Positions 44,579-54,244 of a DNA stretch of 60,601 nucleotides are shown one piece after another. Source of the stretch: an uncultured Eggerthellaceae bacterium (lineage in GTDB: Bacteria; Actinomycetota; Coriobacteriia; Coriobacteriales; Eggerthellaceae); contig CAJUFC010000156.1 in NCBI GenBank assembly GCA_910585565.1, forward strand, positions 1-60,601, given 5' to 3'. The translations under genes and the position numbers were made by a program. The notes under the pieces are model-generated. The model did no database searches. It worked only from the letters and a program-made list of their open reading frames with translations, and had not been told where the DNA came from. Every line of letters begins with the position of its first letter. The stretch's first letter is position 1.

Positions 44579-45344
44579 GGCTCGCTCCTTCGCTCTTCGT
44601 TATCGCCAGGAAGACTTCCTCCAGCGAGGGTTGCTTCTCCACGCACTCCTTCCTTGCGGGCGGAATCAGGCGCCTCAGGTCGTCAAGCGTCCCGTCGGCG
44701 ATGATGGCGCCGTCTTTGAGGATCGCGATCCGGTCTGCGAGCATCTCCGCCTCTTCCAGGTACTGGGTCGTGAGGAAGATCGTGGTCCCCCGCTCCCGCA
44801 GGGACTTCACCGTGCCCCAGACTTCAAGGCGTGCCTTGGGATCGAGCCCCGTCGTGGGCTCGTCGAGGAAGACGAGCTCCGGGTCGCCGACGAGGCTCAT
44901 GGCGACGTCGATCCTGCGGCGCATGCCTCCCGAGTAGGTGGACATGGGGTGGTCGGCCGCCTCGCTCATGTCGAATCGCTCAAGCAGGTCGGCAGCGGTC
45001 TGCTTGGGGTTGGCGACATGGCGCAGCCTCGCCATCATGACGAGGTTCTCGCGCCCGGTGAGCACGTCGTCCACTGCCGCGAACTGGCCGGTGAGGCTGA
45101 TGAGGCGCCGCACGTCGCGCGGGCTTTGGACTACGTCGAAGCCGCCAACCGTTGCCGAACCTCCATCGGGCGCCAGGAGTGTGGAGAGGATGCGTATGGT
45201 GGTCGTCTTTCCCGCGCCGTTGTCGCCGAGGAGCGCGAACACGCTTCCCGCCTGCGCCGTAAAGCTCACGCCCTTCAAGACATCGACGCCGGCGAAGGAC
45301 TTCCTCAAGTCCTCGACGACCACCATGTTCTTAGATGACGGCAT
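44568..45344 (-). CDS. ABC transporter ATP-binding protein (DrrA-like)
   Basis: Walker A GDNGAGKTT, signature YSGGMRRR, Walker B LVFLDEPTTGLD. Confidence 0.9.
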   Translation of the reverse strand: MPSSKNMVVVEDLRKSFAGVDVLKGVSFTAQAGSVFALLGDNGAGKTTTIRILSTLLAPDGGSATVGGFDVVQSPRDVRRLISLTGQFAAVDDVLTGRENLVMMARLRHVANPKQTAADLLERFDMSEAADHPMSTYSGGMRRRIDVAMSLVGDPELVFLDEPTTGLDPKARLEVWGTVKSLRERGTTIFLTTQYLEEAEMLADRIAILKDGAIIADGTLDDLRRLIPPARKECVEKQPSLEEVFLAITKSEGASHEC

Positions 45345-45387
45345 GGGATCTGCCTCCGTTCTTCACTAGTAAGTGTTACTGAATACT

Positions 45388-45397
45388 ACTATATAGT
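45388..45397. promoter_or_regulatory. Palindrome ACTATATAGT within a larger inverted repeat, upstream of the ABC genes (candidate PadR operator)
   Basis: The same 10-mer recurs at 46325-46334, upstream of padR. It is flanked by CACTAGTAAGTG...CACTTACTAGT. Confidence 0.4.
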
Positions 45398-45589
45398 ATC
45401 ACTTACTAGTTTGACAAGCCCCGAGAGCAGGCGCCGTTGACAGCTTGTTGACATTCCCTCCATAAGAAGAGTCGGGACGCTCGCCAAAGCCTCCCGCCTC
45501 GATGGGGTGCGCATGTCGCCGCACTCGCCGCGCTCGCCACGCCGTCGCGCAAAGGCCCGCGCTTGCCGGCCCTGCGGGCGTACGGCCGG

Positions 45590-45952
45590 CTACCCCAGCT
45601 TCTTCGCGATGTCCGCGTTGAGGTCGTCCCCCCACCTCTCCGTGTAGGTCTCGGCCTCCCGCATGAGCTCGTCGGCGAACCCGGCCACGTCCTCGCCCGT
45701 GATCTCCAGCACGGGCTTGCCTTCCGCAGCTCCCTCCTCGAAGAGGCCGACGAGGCCCTTTTGAATCTCGATGACGTCGTAGCCGGACCCCGAGGCGAAC
45801 TTCCACATGTAGTCCTGGATCTTCTTGAAGACGAAGCGGTAGTCCTCGGGAAGGGCATCCACGCGGTCCATCATCGCCCGGTACGCGCGCTTCTCCTCCA
45901 CTATTCTCTTCGGGTTGATGTAGTCGTTGAAGAACTGCTTGACGTTGGCCAT
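45590..45952 (-). CDS. DUF1048 family protein
   Basis: MANVKQFFNDYINPKRIVEEKRAYRAMMDRVDALPEDYRFVFKKIQDYMW. Typical PadR-operon partner. Confidence 0.8.
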   Translation of the reverse strand: MANVKQFFNDYINPKRIVEEKRAYRAMMDRVDALPEDYRFVFKKIQDYMWKFASGSGYDVIEIQKGLVGLFEEGAAEGKPVLEITGEDVAGFADELMREAETYTERWGDDLNADIAKKLG

Positions 45953-45953
45953 C

Positions 45954-46280
45954 TCAGGCGCCTTCTTTCAGTCGGTCGATCGTGCCCTTGAGGTAGTCCC
46001 ACTTCTCCCAGAACTGCTCGCGCTCGGTTGCGCCCGCGGCGGTCAGCCGGTAGAACTTGCGCGGAGGGCCGAGCTCGGAAGGCTTTTTCTCTGCTTCGAT
46101 GAGGCCGCGCTTTTCCAGCCGGACGAGAATCGCGTAGACGGTTCCCTCGACGACGTCGGTCAGGCCGAGCTCGTTGAGCTGCCGCGTGATCTCGTAGCCG
46201 TAGGTGTCGCCGCGGCCTATGATCTCGAGCACGCAGCCCTCGAGCGTTCCCTTGAGCATTTCCGTGATGCTGCCCGCCAC
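45954..46280 (-). CDS. PadR family transcriptional regulator
   Basis: LEGCVLEIIGRGDTYGYEITRQLNELGLTDVVEGTVYAILVRLEKRGLIE. Confidence 0.9.
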   Translation of the reverse strand: MAGSITEMLKGTLEGCVLEIIGRGDTYGYEITRQLNELGLTDVVEGTVYAILVRLEKRGLIEAEKKPSELGPPRKFYRLTAAGATEREQFWEKWDYLKGTIDRLKEGA

Positions 46281-46324
46281 CGATCCTCCTCACGTCCAGG
46301 GCAACAAGAGTGGTATTAAGTGAC

Positions 46325-46334
46325 ACTATATAGT
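46325..46334. promoter_or_regulatory. Second ACTATATAGT palindrome, upstream of padR
   Basis: Identical 10-bp palindrome to the one at 45388-45397. Confidence 0.4.
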
Positions 46335-46492
46335 CTATACTACTCTGTGTTGCTGCATAGTAAGCATTTTCCATGCGTTGCCCATATTTTACCGAGAATC
46401 TCTTTGGCTCCTGGCGTAGGAATCCCTGCGGCTCTTGGCGTAGGCGGCGTAAGCGTAGGCGACTCGCCTGGGCGAAAAACGTCCCCTTGGCG

Positions 46493-46681
46493 TCAGCCTC
46501 GGGCCTCCTTCTCGGCCCTCTTCCCCGAAGGCGACTCGAGCAGCACCACGCCTGCGATGATCAGCGCGATGCCTACGGCCACCACTGCGTTCAAAAGCTC
46601 GCCCCATACCACCGCCCCGATGATGGTGATGGCGGTGACGCCGAGCCCCGACCAAACGCCATAGGCCACGCCAAGGGGCAG
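46493..46681 (-). pseudogene. SMR (EmrE/QacE-like) efflux gene remnant, C-terminal half only
   Basis: LPLGVAYGVWSGLGVTAITIIGAVVWGELLNAVVAVGIALIIAGVVLLES aligns with TM3-TM4 of SMR proteins. The 5' half is replaced by a REP-like pair. Confidence 0.6.
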
Positions 46682-46687
46682 CTTCCC

Positions 46688-46760
46688 GACACAGGGGACG
46701 GTTCTCTGTGTTAGACATGCACGAACCGGCCTTTAACACAGAGAACCGTCCCCTGTGTTA
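46688..46760. repeat. Pair of REP-like copies in inverted orientation
   Basis: GACACAGGGGACGGTTCTCTGTGTTA (46688-46713) and TAACACAGAGAACCGTCCCCTGTGTTA (46734-46760). The second overlaps the TetR stop codon. Confidence 0.85.
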
Positions 46761-47342
46761 CTCTGTGTTACTTGCATCCGTAAGCCGCTCGACGCCGCCG
46801 CAGACCAGCTCTATGGTCATGGCGGTCATGCGCTCGACTGAAACCTTCTTGCCGTCCGCGACCCATTGACGGTAGATTCCCAACGTGGCCTCGATGACGA
46901 AGGCCATGAGCAGGCGCTTCTCCTCGTCGCCTTTTATGTTGGGAATGACGTCGGCCTCGGGCCGCTCCTCGAAGACTCGCTCCTGCATCGAGCCGCTCAT
47001 CTCCCGAAACGACGGAGCGCAGGTGATACGCTCGTAGACCTCGCCCTGTTCGGCGGAGAACAGGCAAAACTCGCGTGTGATCCGCTCCAAGTCCTCCGGG
47101 ATGCGCATTCCCTCGGTGCGCTCCATGTATCGTCCATGGATGTCGTCCTGAAGCTCCACCAGAAGGTCGTTCAGGGTGGGATAGTACCGATAGAAGGTCT
47201 TCTTGTTGATCTGCGCTCGCTCGCAGAGCTCCTTCACGGTGATCTGCGGATAGTCCTTCTCGCAGAGCAGCTCCTCGAACGCGCGGCGGATGCCGCGCAT
47301 CGTCTTCTGCACGCGCAGGTCCTCGTTTCCTGTCAGCTTCAT
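46758..47342 (-). CDS. TetR/AcrR family transcriptional regulator
   Basis: RVQKTMRGIRRAFEELLCEKDYPQITVKELCERAQINKKTFYRYY. Confidence 0.9.
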   Translation of the reverse strand: MKLTGNEDLRVQKTMRGIRRAFEELLCEKDYPQITVKELCERAQINKKTFYRYYPTLNDLLVELQDDIHGRYMERTEGMRIPEDLERITREFCLFSAEQGEVYERITCAPSFREMSGSMQERVFEERPEADVIPNIKGDEEKRLLMAFVIEATLGIYRQWVADGKKVSVERMTAMTIELVCGGVERLTDASNTE

Positions 47343-47503
47343 GACGACTCCTCAAGTTTTGCAACCAATCTGCGGAAGGAGTTGCTTATGCGCCTTCCGC
47401 AGAGAAAGCGACCATCGACAAACGGGGTTTTGCGAGATTAAATCATTTTCAAGAGATAAGCAACACAAGTTTCATAAATCGCCAGCAGAAGAAAGGAAGC
47501 CTT

Positions 47504-48382
47504 ATGAGCGCACCACAACAGGCACTCGAAGAGCAGGCGCGCATCGCCTTGAACGACGGCAGCGTCATTCCGCAGTTCGGACTTGGCGTCTACATGATCC
47601 AAGGCGACGAGGCCACCGAGAGAGCATGCACCGAGGCCATGAGTCTCGGCTACCGCCACATCGACACGGCGCACGCCTATCAAAACGAACGCGGCGTCGG
47701 GGCGGCGGTCGCCAAAAGCGGCCTCCCTCGCGACGAGGTGTGGATCACCACGAAGCTCTGGCCGAGCGAGTACGGCGAGGGCAAGACCAGCGCCGCCATC
47801 GACAAGATGCTCGACCGCTTGCAGACAGACCACATTGACCTGCTCCTGCTGCACCAGCAGTTCGGCGACTACCTGGGAGCCTGGAAGGATATGGAAGAGG
47901 CGGTCCGCGACGGTCGCGTCCGCTCCATCGGCCTTTCCAACTTTGAGTCAGGGCGCCTGGAAGAGGTGATCGATACAGCCGAGATCAAACCCTCGGTGCT
48001 CCAGGTGGAATGCCATCCGTACCATCCGCAGCACCAGCTGAAAAAGCGAATCGCGCCCTACGGCATCATGATCGAGAGCTGGTACCCGCTGGGACACGGC
48101 GATGCGGAGCTGCTCTCCGAGCCCGTATTCGTCAAGCTCGCCGAGAAGCACGGCAAGACGCCTGCTCAGATTGTCCTTCGCTGGCACATCCAACAAGGCA
48201 ACATCGTCTTCCCGAAGACCACCAATCCCGAGCACATGGAGCAGAACATCGACATCTTCGACTTCGAGCTGACCGATGACGAGATGGCACGCATCGACGC
48301 GCTCGACAGCGGCAAGCGCTTCTTCAACGTGCCACTCGAGGAGCAGGAGCGCACGCTCGGCGCGTTCGTGCCAGCCGACTAG
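47504..48382 (+). CDS. Aldo/keto reductase
   Basis: GLGVYMIQ...GYRHIDTAHAYQNE...LWPSEYG...DLLLLHQ...SIGLSNF is typical of AKR (2,5-diketo-D-gluconate reductase-like). Confidence 0.9.
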   Translation: MSAPQQALEEQARIALNDGSVIPQFGLGVYMIQGDEATERACTEAMSLGYRHIDTAHAYQNERGVGAAVAKSGLPRDEVWITTKLWPSEYGEGKTSAAIDKMLDRLQTDHIDLLLLHQQFGDYLGAWKDMEEAVRDGRVRSIGLSNFESGRLEEVIDTAEIKPSVLQVECHPYHPQHQLKKRIAPYGIMIESWYPLGHGDAELLSEPVFVKLAEKHGKTPAQIVLRWHIQQGNIVFPKTTNPEHMEQNIDIFDFELTDDEMARIDALDSGKRFFNVPLEEQERTLGAFVPAD

Positions 48383-48441
48383 ACAGAAGCTTTGTCCGTA
48401 CGTCCCGCAAGGGGCGCCCCATTTCTTGAAGGGAGAAGAAG

Positions 48442-49194
48442 ATGAGCAAGCGATTCGAGAACAAGACAGCCATCGTCACGGGAGGCAGCTCCGGCATCGG
48501 GCGCGCTGTGGCGCTGAAACTCGCTGAGGGTGGTGCGAAGGTGATCATCGTGAGCCGCCATGCGAACGCACTCCAGGCGGTGTGCGACAAAAGCGACAAC
48601 ATCAGCTACGTGGCGGCGGACCTCACGGACACCGAAGACGTCGCCAAGGTCGCAGAGGCCGCCAGCGAGCGCTTCTGCGGCAAGCTCGACATCCTCGTGA
48701 ACAACGCCGGATGGTGTCCCGTGCAGTCCATCAAGGACGTGACCCTTGCCGACCACGACAAGGCTTTCGACTTAGACGTACGCAGCGTGGTGGACCTCAC
48801 CGTGCGCACGCTGCCGATGCTGATCGCAGCCAAGGGCAACATCGTGAACATCTCGTCCACCGCGGCCAAGCAGGGAGGCGCGAACCTTTCTATGTACGGC
48901 GGCGCCAAGGCGGCCATCGAGAACATGACCCAAGGCTGGGCATGCGACCTGGTCTCCGATGGCGTACGCGTGAACGCGGTTGCGCCCGGTGCCACGGCGA
49001 CCAATATCTGGGACGTGCCCGGCCTCACCGAGCAGCAGTCCAAGGAGCATCGCGACGGCATCGCCGCCATGCAGCCGATGGGTCGCTTCGCCGCGCCCGA
49101 GGAGATTGCGAACGTGGTCCTGTTCGTGGCCTCTGATGACGCAAGCTACGTCACCGGTTCCATCTATGTGGTCGACGGTGGACTCACCGCGTAA
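48442..49194 (+). CDS. SDR family oxidoreductase
   Basis: TGGSSGIGRA, NNAG and YGGAKAA motifs. Confidence 0.9.
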   Translation: MSKRFENKTAIVTGGSSGIGRAVALKLAEGGAKVIIVSRHANALQAVCDKSDNISYVAADLTDTEDVAKVAEAASERFCGKLDILVNNAGWCPVQSIKDVTLADHDKAFDLDVRSVVDLTVRTLPMLIAAKGNIVNISSTAAKQGGANLSMYGGAKAAIENMTQGWACDLVSDGVRVNAVAPGATATNIWDVPGLTEQQSKEHRDGIAAMQPMGRFAAPEEIANVVLFVASDDASYVTGSIYVVDGGLTA

Positions 49195-49402
49195 TGGCGA
49201 TCGGCAAAGCGCACGAGGCTGCAGCTGCGAACATCCCGCACCACAACTCGGCGAGCAACCAGGGCGACATGCTCGATGCCGACCTAGCGCAGGGCTTTAC
49301 CGGACCCAACGCGAAGGTGATGCGCCCCGAGGAGAAGATCTGACCATAGCGTGCGACCGCGGAAAACCGCAGCGCAGCGAATCGAAAGGAAGAAAACCCC
49401 CA

Positions 49403-50431
49403 ATGAGCAACTCATCCCTCACGCGGAGAGCGTTCCTTGCCGGGGCAGCAGCCTTAAGCGCAGCGGCAGGGCTTGGCGCCATCGGCTGCGCTCCCGTCCC
49501 TTCGCAGCAACAAACGGCTTCACCCAACCCCGTCGAGCAGAGCGGCAATGACCAACCAGAGAAGGAAAGCGCCCTGACCGATAATGCAGCACAGCATCCA
49601 ATCGGCGCTTATGACCCTCGCTTCGACTTGGGTACGGGAAGCGTCGTTCTGAACAACGGCGTCACGATGCCCATCTTAGGGCTTGGCACCTATCTCCTTT
49701 CCAGCGCGCAGGCAGAGGCATCCGTCACGGCCGCGCTCGATGCGGGCATGCGCCTCATCGACACGGCCCGCATCTACGGCAACGAAGACGGCGTTGGTCG
49801 CGCCATCGCAAAGTCGAGCGTGCCACGCGACCAGATCTTCCTCACCACCAAGATGTGGACGGCGGATTTCCGCAACGGTCCGGCGGCCATCGACGGCTCT
49901 CTTCAGAAGCTCGGCCAAGACTATGTCGACCTGATGCTGCTCCATCACGAGGCGGCAAACGACGAAGACGCCTACCGCGCCATGGAAGACGCCGTGAAGG
50001 ATGGCAAGATCCGCTGCATTGGCATATCGAATTTCTACGAAAGCGGCTTCGAGCGCATGGTGGGCAACGTCGATATCGTACCTGCCGTGCTCCAGAACGA
50101 GACGCAGCCGTTCTTCCAAGAGCGCGCAGTGAAGGAGGTCCTGGCACCAGTTGGGACCGTGCTCGAATCATGGTTCCCCCTCTGCGGCAAGACAGATTGC
50201 CATGCCCTGTTCGCAAACCCCGTCATTGCTGAGGTGGCAGCCAATCACGGCGTCGTTCCCGCACAGGCCGTCATCCGCTGGCATCTGCAGAGCGGGAATA
50301 TCTGCATCCCGGGGTCGTCGAATCCCGATCACATTCGAGAGGATGCCGATGTGTTCGGATTCTCGCTCACGCCTGATGAAATGGCGGCCATCGACGCGCT
50401 CGACCGCGATGAACGATTCGCCAGCTATTAG
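49403..50431 (+). CDS. Aldo/keto reductase with a twin-arginine signal and lipobox
   Basis: MSNSSLTRRAFLAGAAALSAAAGLGAIGCAP followed by a Ser/Pro/Gln linker and a full AKR core (LIDTARIYGNE, LLHH, GISNF). Confidence 0.8.
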   Translation: MSNSSLTRRAFLAGAAALSAAAGLGAIGCAPVPSQQQTASPNPVEQSGNDQPEKESALTDNAAQHPIGAYDPRFDLGTGSVVLNNGVTMPILGLGTYLLSSAQAEASVTAALDAGMRLIDTARIYGNEDGVGRAIAKSSVPRDQIFLTTKMWTADFRNGPAAIDGSLQKLGQDYVDLMLLHHEAANDEDAYRAMEDAVKDGKIRCIGISNFYESGFERMVGNVDIVPAVLQNETQPFFQERAVKEVLAPVGTVLESWFPLCGKTDCHALFANPVIAEVAANHGVVPAQAVIRWHLQSGNICIPGSSNPDHIREDADVFGFSLTPDEMAAIDALDRDERFASY

Positions 50432-50460
50432 TGACCTCTAACGCCGCATAGCACAGGACA

Positions 50461-50487
50461 TAGCACAGGGGACGGTTCCCTGTGCTA
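50461..50487. repeat. REP-like palindromic repeat copy
   Basis: TAGCACAGGGGACGGTTCCCTGTGCTA abuts the ABM gene start codon. Confidence 0.85.
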
Positions 50488-50819
50488 TGTCGAGGCCGGT
50501 CAACATCTACTACAGCGGCACGGGCGGAAGCGCGCGGCGGTTCGCCGAGGAGATGGTCGCGTCCGGCACGATGGACGCCATCCGACGCGAGCCGGGAAAC
50601 CTCCGCTACGAGCACTTCGCGCCCCTCGACGACGCGGAGACGGTGCTGCTGATCGACAGCTGGGAGAACCAGCGCGCGCTCGATGCGCACCACGCCTCCC
50701 CCATGATGGGCACCATCGCCGAGCTGCGCGAGAAGCACGACGTGCGCATGCGCGTCGAGCGCTACGTCAGCGACGAGGCCCACGACGCCGCAGCCGACGG
50801 CGCCTTCGTGAGGGAGTAG
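50487..50819 (+). CDS. ABM-domain (antibiotic biosynthesis monooxygenase-like) protein
   Basis: NLRYEHFAPLDDAETVLLIDSWENQRALDAHHASPMM. No RBS is visible because the repeat abuts the ATG. Confidence 0.7.
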   Translation: MSRPVNIYYSGTGGSARRFAEEMVASGTMDAIRREPGNLRYEHFAPLDDAETVLLIDSWENQRALDAHHASPMMGTIAELREKHDVRMRVERYVSDEAHDAAADGAFVRE

Positions 50820-50902
50820 CGGGCGGCAAGCCCTGAGCCACACCCGCGTCCGATGCACGGCAGCAGCCAACCACGGCAAACCGCATCGGTCGCCCGGGGC
50901 GC

Positions 50903-51826
50903 TCAGAGGTCGTAGGTTCCTTCGCCGGAATCCAGAACGGCTCCGATCGCCGCGACGAACGCGGCATCGTCGTCCGTCACCTTCAGCTCGCTGCCGCACA
51001 CCATCCCGAACACGCTGTGCATGACCTTGCGAAGGGGGATGAATCGGATGTGCGCGTTGCGATGGATCTCCTCAGGAAAGCACCGCCAGGAAAACGAGTC
51101 GCACATCAGCGCAATTTCGCCTTTTGCCAGCGAGCGCTCGAGGACGTTGTTGTTCGCCGACTTGAGGCGGACGCATTTCGGGCTGAACTCCGTGAACAGT
51201 TCGTCGTATATCTCCACCGACGCATCGCAGTCGAGCAGGCCGAGCGGAAGGGTCTCTAGCGACTCCCAGATCGGGCTCTCCGCATTCGCCGGCAGAAGCT
51301 TGCCGTGGACCACGATGCCCACCCTCCCCGTGGCGATGGGGATCATGCGATGCGTCGCCTCGAAGTCGGGGTAGATCTGCGGCGAGATGTCCGCGATCGC
51401 GATGCAACTCGGATCCGAGTCGTACTTCGGCAGGTCCGAAAGGCCAATCTCGATCACTTCCGCCTTGGAAAGGAAGCCCTCCTCGAGAAGCCTCGCACCG
51501 ATCGAGACCATGCATGCGTTCGTGAAGGCGACCCTGCCGTCAAAGTCGCGCAGCATCCGGACGAGCGACGAAACGTCACGCACCTCGAACAGGGCGGCAT
51601 CGTATTCAGCGACGATGCGCTTCGCGCGGCGCATGAAGGACACGCCCTCGTTGGTCAGGCGCGACCCTTGGCGGCCGCGCTCCACAAGCCGGCATCCCAG
51701 CGCCTTCTCCAGGGAGGCGATGGCCCGGCTGTAGCCCTGCTGGCTGATGTTGGCGATGCGCGCTGCCTCCGAAAACGAACGCGCGCCGTCAAGCGATGCG
51801 AAGTATTTGAGGTGATCGATGCGCAT
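50903..51826 (-). CDS. LysR family transcriptional regulator
   Basis: Starts MRIDHLKYFASLDGARSFSEAARIANISQQGYSRAIASLE. Divergent from the Mo-enzyme operon. Confidence 0.9.
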   Translation of the reverse strand: MRIDHLKYFASLDGARSFSEAARIANISQQGYSRAIASLEKALGCRLVERGRQGSRLTNEGVSFMRRAKRIVAEYDAALFEVRDVSSLVRMLRDFDGRVAFTNACMVSIGARLLEEGFLSKAEVIEIGLSDLPKYDSDPSCIAIADISPQIYPDFEATHRMIPIATGRVGIVVHGKLLPANAESPIWESLETLPLGLLDCDASVEIYDELFTEFSPKCVRLKSANNNVLERSLAKGEIALMCDSFSWRCFPEEIHRNAHIRFIPLRKVMHSVFGMVCGSELKVTDDDAAFVAAIGAVLDSGEGTYDL

Positions 51827-51989
51827 CCCGCTCCATCCTCCAAGACGGAACGATTCTATCACAACAAAACGTTGTGGCTCTGCGTCAATGTCGCTTATTC
51901 CCAAGCCGAAGCCAGCGAAATACCTTCGTACCAGGCTCCATTTCCATAGGAAGGCCGGAAGGCCGACGCAAAAGCAGCAAGGGAGGAGA

Positions 51990-54242
51990 ATGAAGATGGA
52001 GGGCATGACTTTCGTAGGTCACGACAAGCCGTTCCAGTACGCCGACGGCGGCCTCACCGTAACCCGGGGCAGCGCCTGGTCAGCACCGGGATGCCATCTC
52101 GGATGCGGGGTGCTCATGTACACCGACGAAGACGGCAGGCTCGTGAAGGTGGAGGGAGATCCCGAGAATCCGTTCAACGAGGGCCGCCTCTGCGTGAGGT
52201 GCCTGGCCGTCCCCAACGCCGTCAACAACCCCGAACGCATCCGCAAGCCGATGAGGCGCATCGGCGAACGCGGCGAGGACAAGTGGGAAGAGATGACGTG
52301 GGACGAGGCGTTCGACCTCATCGAGGAGAAGTTCACGTACTATAAGGAGAACTTCGGCGCCGAGTCCGTCACGTTCTGGCAGGGGACCGGGCGCGACATC
52401 GCGGCATGGATAACCCGCCTTGCATGGTCCTTCGGAAGCCCCAACTACGGACCGTCGCTGAACGGCCTTGCGTGCTATGCGCCCCGGGTCTACGGGTGCA
52501 TCGCGCTGTCGGGCTCGTTCTGGGTAGGCGACTACTCCCAACAGTTCGCCGACCGCTACGACAATCCGCAGTGGAAGCGCCCGGACGTCATCATGGTCTG
52601 GGGGAACAATCCGCTGCCGGCCAACTCCGACGGTGCCTACGGCCATTGGGTCATCGACTGCATGCAGCGCGGGTCCAAGGTCGTCACCATCGATCCCAAG
52701 GTGACATGGCTCGGATCCCGCTCCGAGCTCATGCTCCAAGTGCGGCCCGGCACCGACGCCGCCCTGGCACTGGCCATGGGCAACGTCATGGTCGAGGAGG
52801 GCCTCTACGACGAGGAGTTCGTCGAGCAATGGTGCACAGGGTTCGACGAGTACAAAGAAGTCGTCAAGGGCTACACGCCTGAGAAGGCCGCTGAGATCTG
52901 CTGGGTCGACGCCGACGACATCCGGAAGGCCGCGCGCATGTTCGCCGAAGCCGACGGCGCCATCATCCAATGGGGCGTTGCCCTCGACCAGAAGGAGGAG
53001 GCGGTCACGGCCTGCCAGGCAGTCGCGTCCCTGCTCATGCTGACCGGCAACATCGACAACCCGGGCGGCATGATCAAGCCTCCCGAGGTCCTGATGTACC
53101 TGAACGGCTGGGGATTCGACCTCATTGCGCCCGAGCAGTACGCGAAGCGCCTCGGCCCCGACAAGTACAAGTTCTACAACGCCGGCGTCCCCGCCGCCTC
53201 GGCCGAGTGCATGATCGAAGCCATGGAGACCGGCAAGCCCTATCCCCTCAAGGCGGCCTGGATCCAGACGACGAACCCGCTCACGTGCATGGGGGTCGAC
53301 CCTCAACGCACGCTCGAGGCGTTCAAGAAGCTCGACTTCATCGTCGTCGTCGACCCCTTCAAGACGCCGACGCTCATGGCCCTGGCGGACGTCGTGCTGC
53401 CCGTTGCGATGTTCCCCGAGCGCAACGGCATCCGCTGCGGCGACGGCGCCCAGCGCATCGAGACGATCAATAAGGCCGTCGTCGACCCGACGCTTTTGTC
53501 GGACATGGAGATCAACCTCGAGCTTGGCCGCCGGCTGTGCCCTGACGCGTGGCCCTGGGACAACGTCGAGGACATGTTTAGCGCGGTGTACGAGTCCGTG
53601 GGCCTGACGTTCGAAGAGGCGCAGCGGAAGGCGCCGGGCTACGTTCCCTTCGAGTACTACAAGTACAAGACCGGCAAGCTACGTCCCGACGGCCAGCCCG
53701 GCTTCATGACCCCGACCGGGAAACTCGAGCTGTGGTCGAACATGATGGATGCGGTGGGATTGCCTCCGCTGCCGGCCTACGAAGAGCCCACCCCGGGGCC
53801 GGTGACGACGCCGGAGCTCTACGAGAAGTATCCGTTCGTCCTGACCACGGGTGCGCGCCGCTTCAACACGTTCCATGCCGAGAACCGCGAGAACCCCTAC
53901 CTGCGCCGAATCCATTCCGAGCCAGCCGTGCAGATCCATCCCGCCGATGCGGAACGCCTGGGGCTCACCGAAGGCGAGTGGGTCTGGGTCGAAGGCCCCA
54001 AGGGGACGACCGGCGACATCGGAAGGTGCAAGCGCGTCGTCGAGATCACCCCCACGATGCTCGAGGGCGTCGTGAGCACCGACCATGCGTGGTGGCATCC
54101 CGAAGGCGATCCCGAGAGGCTCTACGACGTCTTCGACCTGAACGTCAACCAGCTGATGCCCTGGGGCTGCGGACCCTCGGGCATGGGCGCCAACTACAAG
54201 TGCCTTCTGTGCAGGATTTACAAAGTCGAGAAGGGAGAGTAG
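51990..54242 (+). CDS. Molybdopterin (bis-MGD, DMSO-reductase superfamily) oxidoreductase catalytic subunit without a Tat signal
   Basis: Starts MKMEGMTFVGHDKPFQ behind GGGAGGAG. N-terminal Fe-S Cys motif (CHLGCG...CVRC). C-terminal GDIGRCKRVVEITPTMLEGVVSTDHAWWHPE beta-barrel region. 750 aa. Confidence 0.9.
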   Translation: MKMEGMTFVGHDKPFQYADGGLTVTRGSAWSAPGCHLGCGVLMYTDEDGRLVKVEGDPENPFNEGRLCVRCLAVPNAVNNPERIRKPMRRIGERGEDKWEEMTWDEAFDLIEEKFTYYKENFGAESVTFWQGTGRDIAAWITRLAWSFGSPNYGPSLNGLACYAPRVYGCIALSGSFWVGDYSQQFADRYDNPQWKRPDVIMVWGNNPLPANSDGAYGHWVIDCMQRGSKVVTIDPKVTWLGSRSELMLQVRPGTDAALALAMGNVMVEEGLYDEEFVEQWCTGFDEYKEVVKGYTPEKAAEICWVDADDIRKAARMFAEADGAIIQWGVALDQKEEAVTACQAVASLLMLTGNIDNPGGMIKPPEVLMYLNGWGFDLIAPEQYAKRLGPDKYKFYNAGVPAASAECMIEAMETGKPYPLKAAWIQTTNPLTCMGVDPQRTLEAFKKLDFIVVVDPFKTPTLMALADVVLPVAMFPERNGIRCGDGAQRIETINKAVVDPTLLSDMEINLELGRRLCPDAWPWDNVEDMFSAVYESVGLTFEEAQRKAPGYVPFEYYKYKTGKLRPDGQPGFMTPTGKLELWSNMMDAVGLPPLPAYEEPTPGPVTTPELYEKYPFVLTTGARRFNTFHAENRENPYLRRIHSEPAVQIHPADAERLGLTEGEWVWVEGPKGTTGDIGRCKRVVEITPTMLEGVVSTDHAWWHPEGDPERLYDVFDLNVNQLMPWGCGPSGMGANYKCLLCRIYKVEKGE

Positions 54243-54244
54243 CA

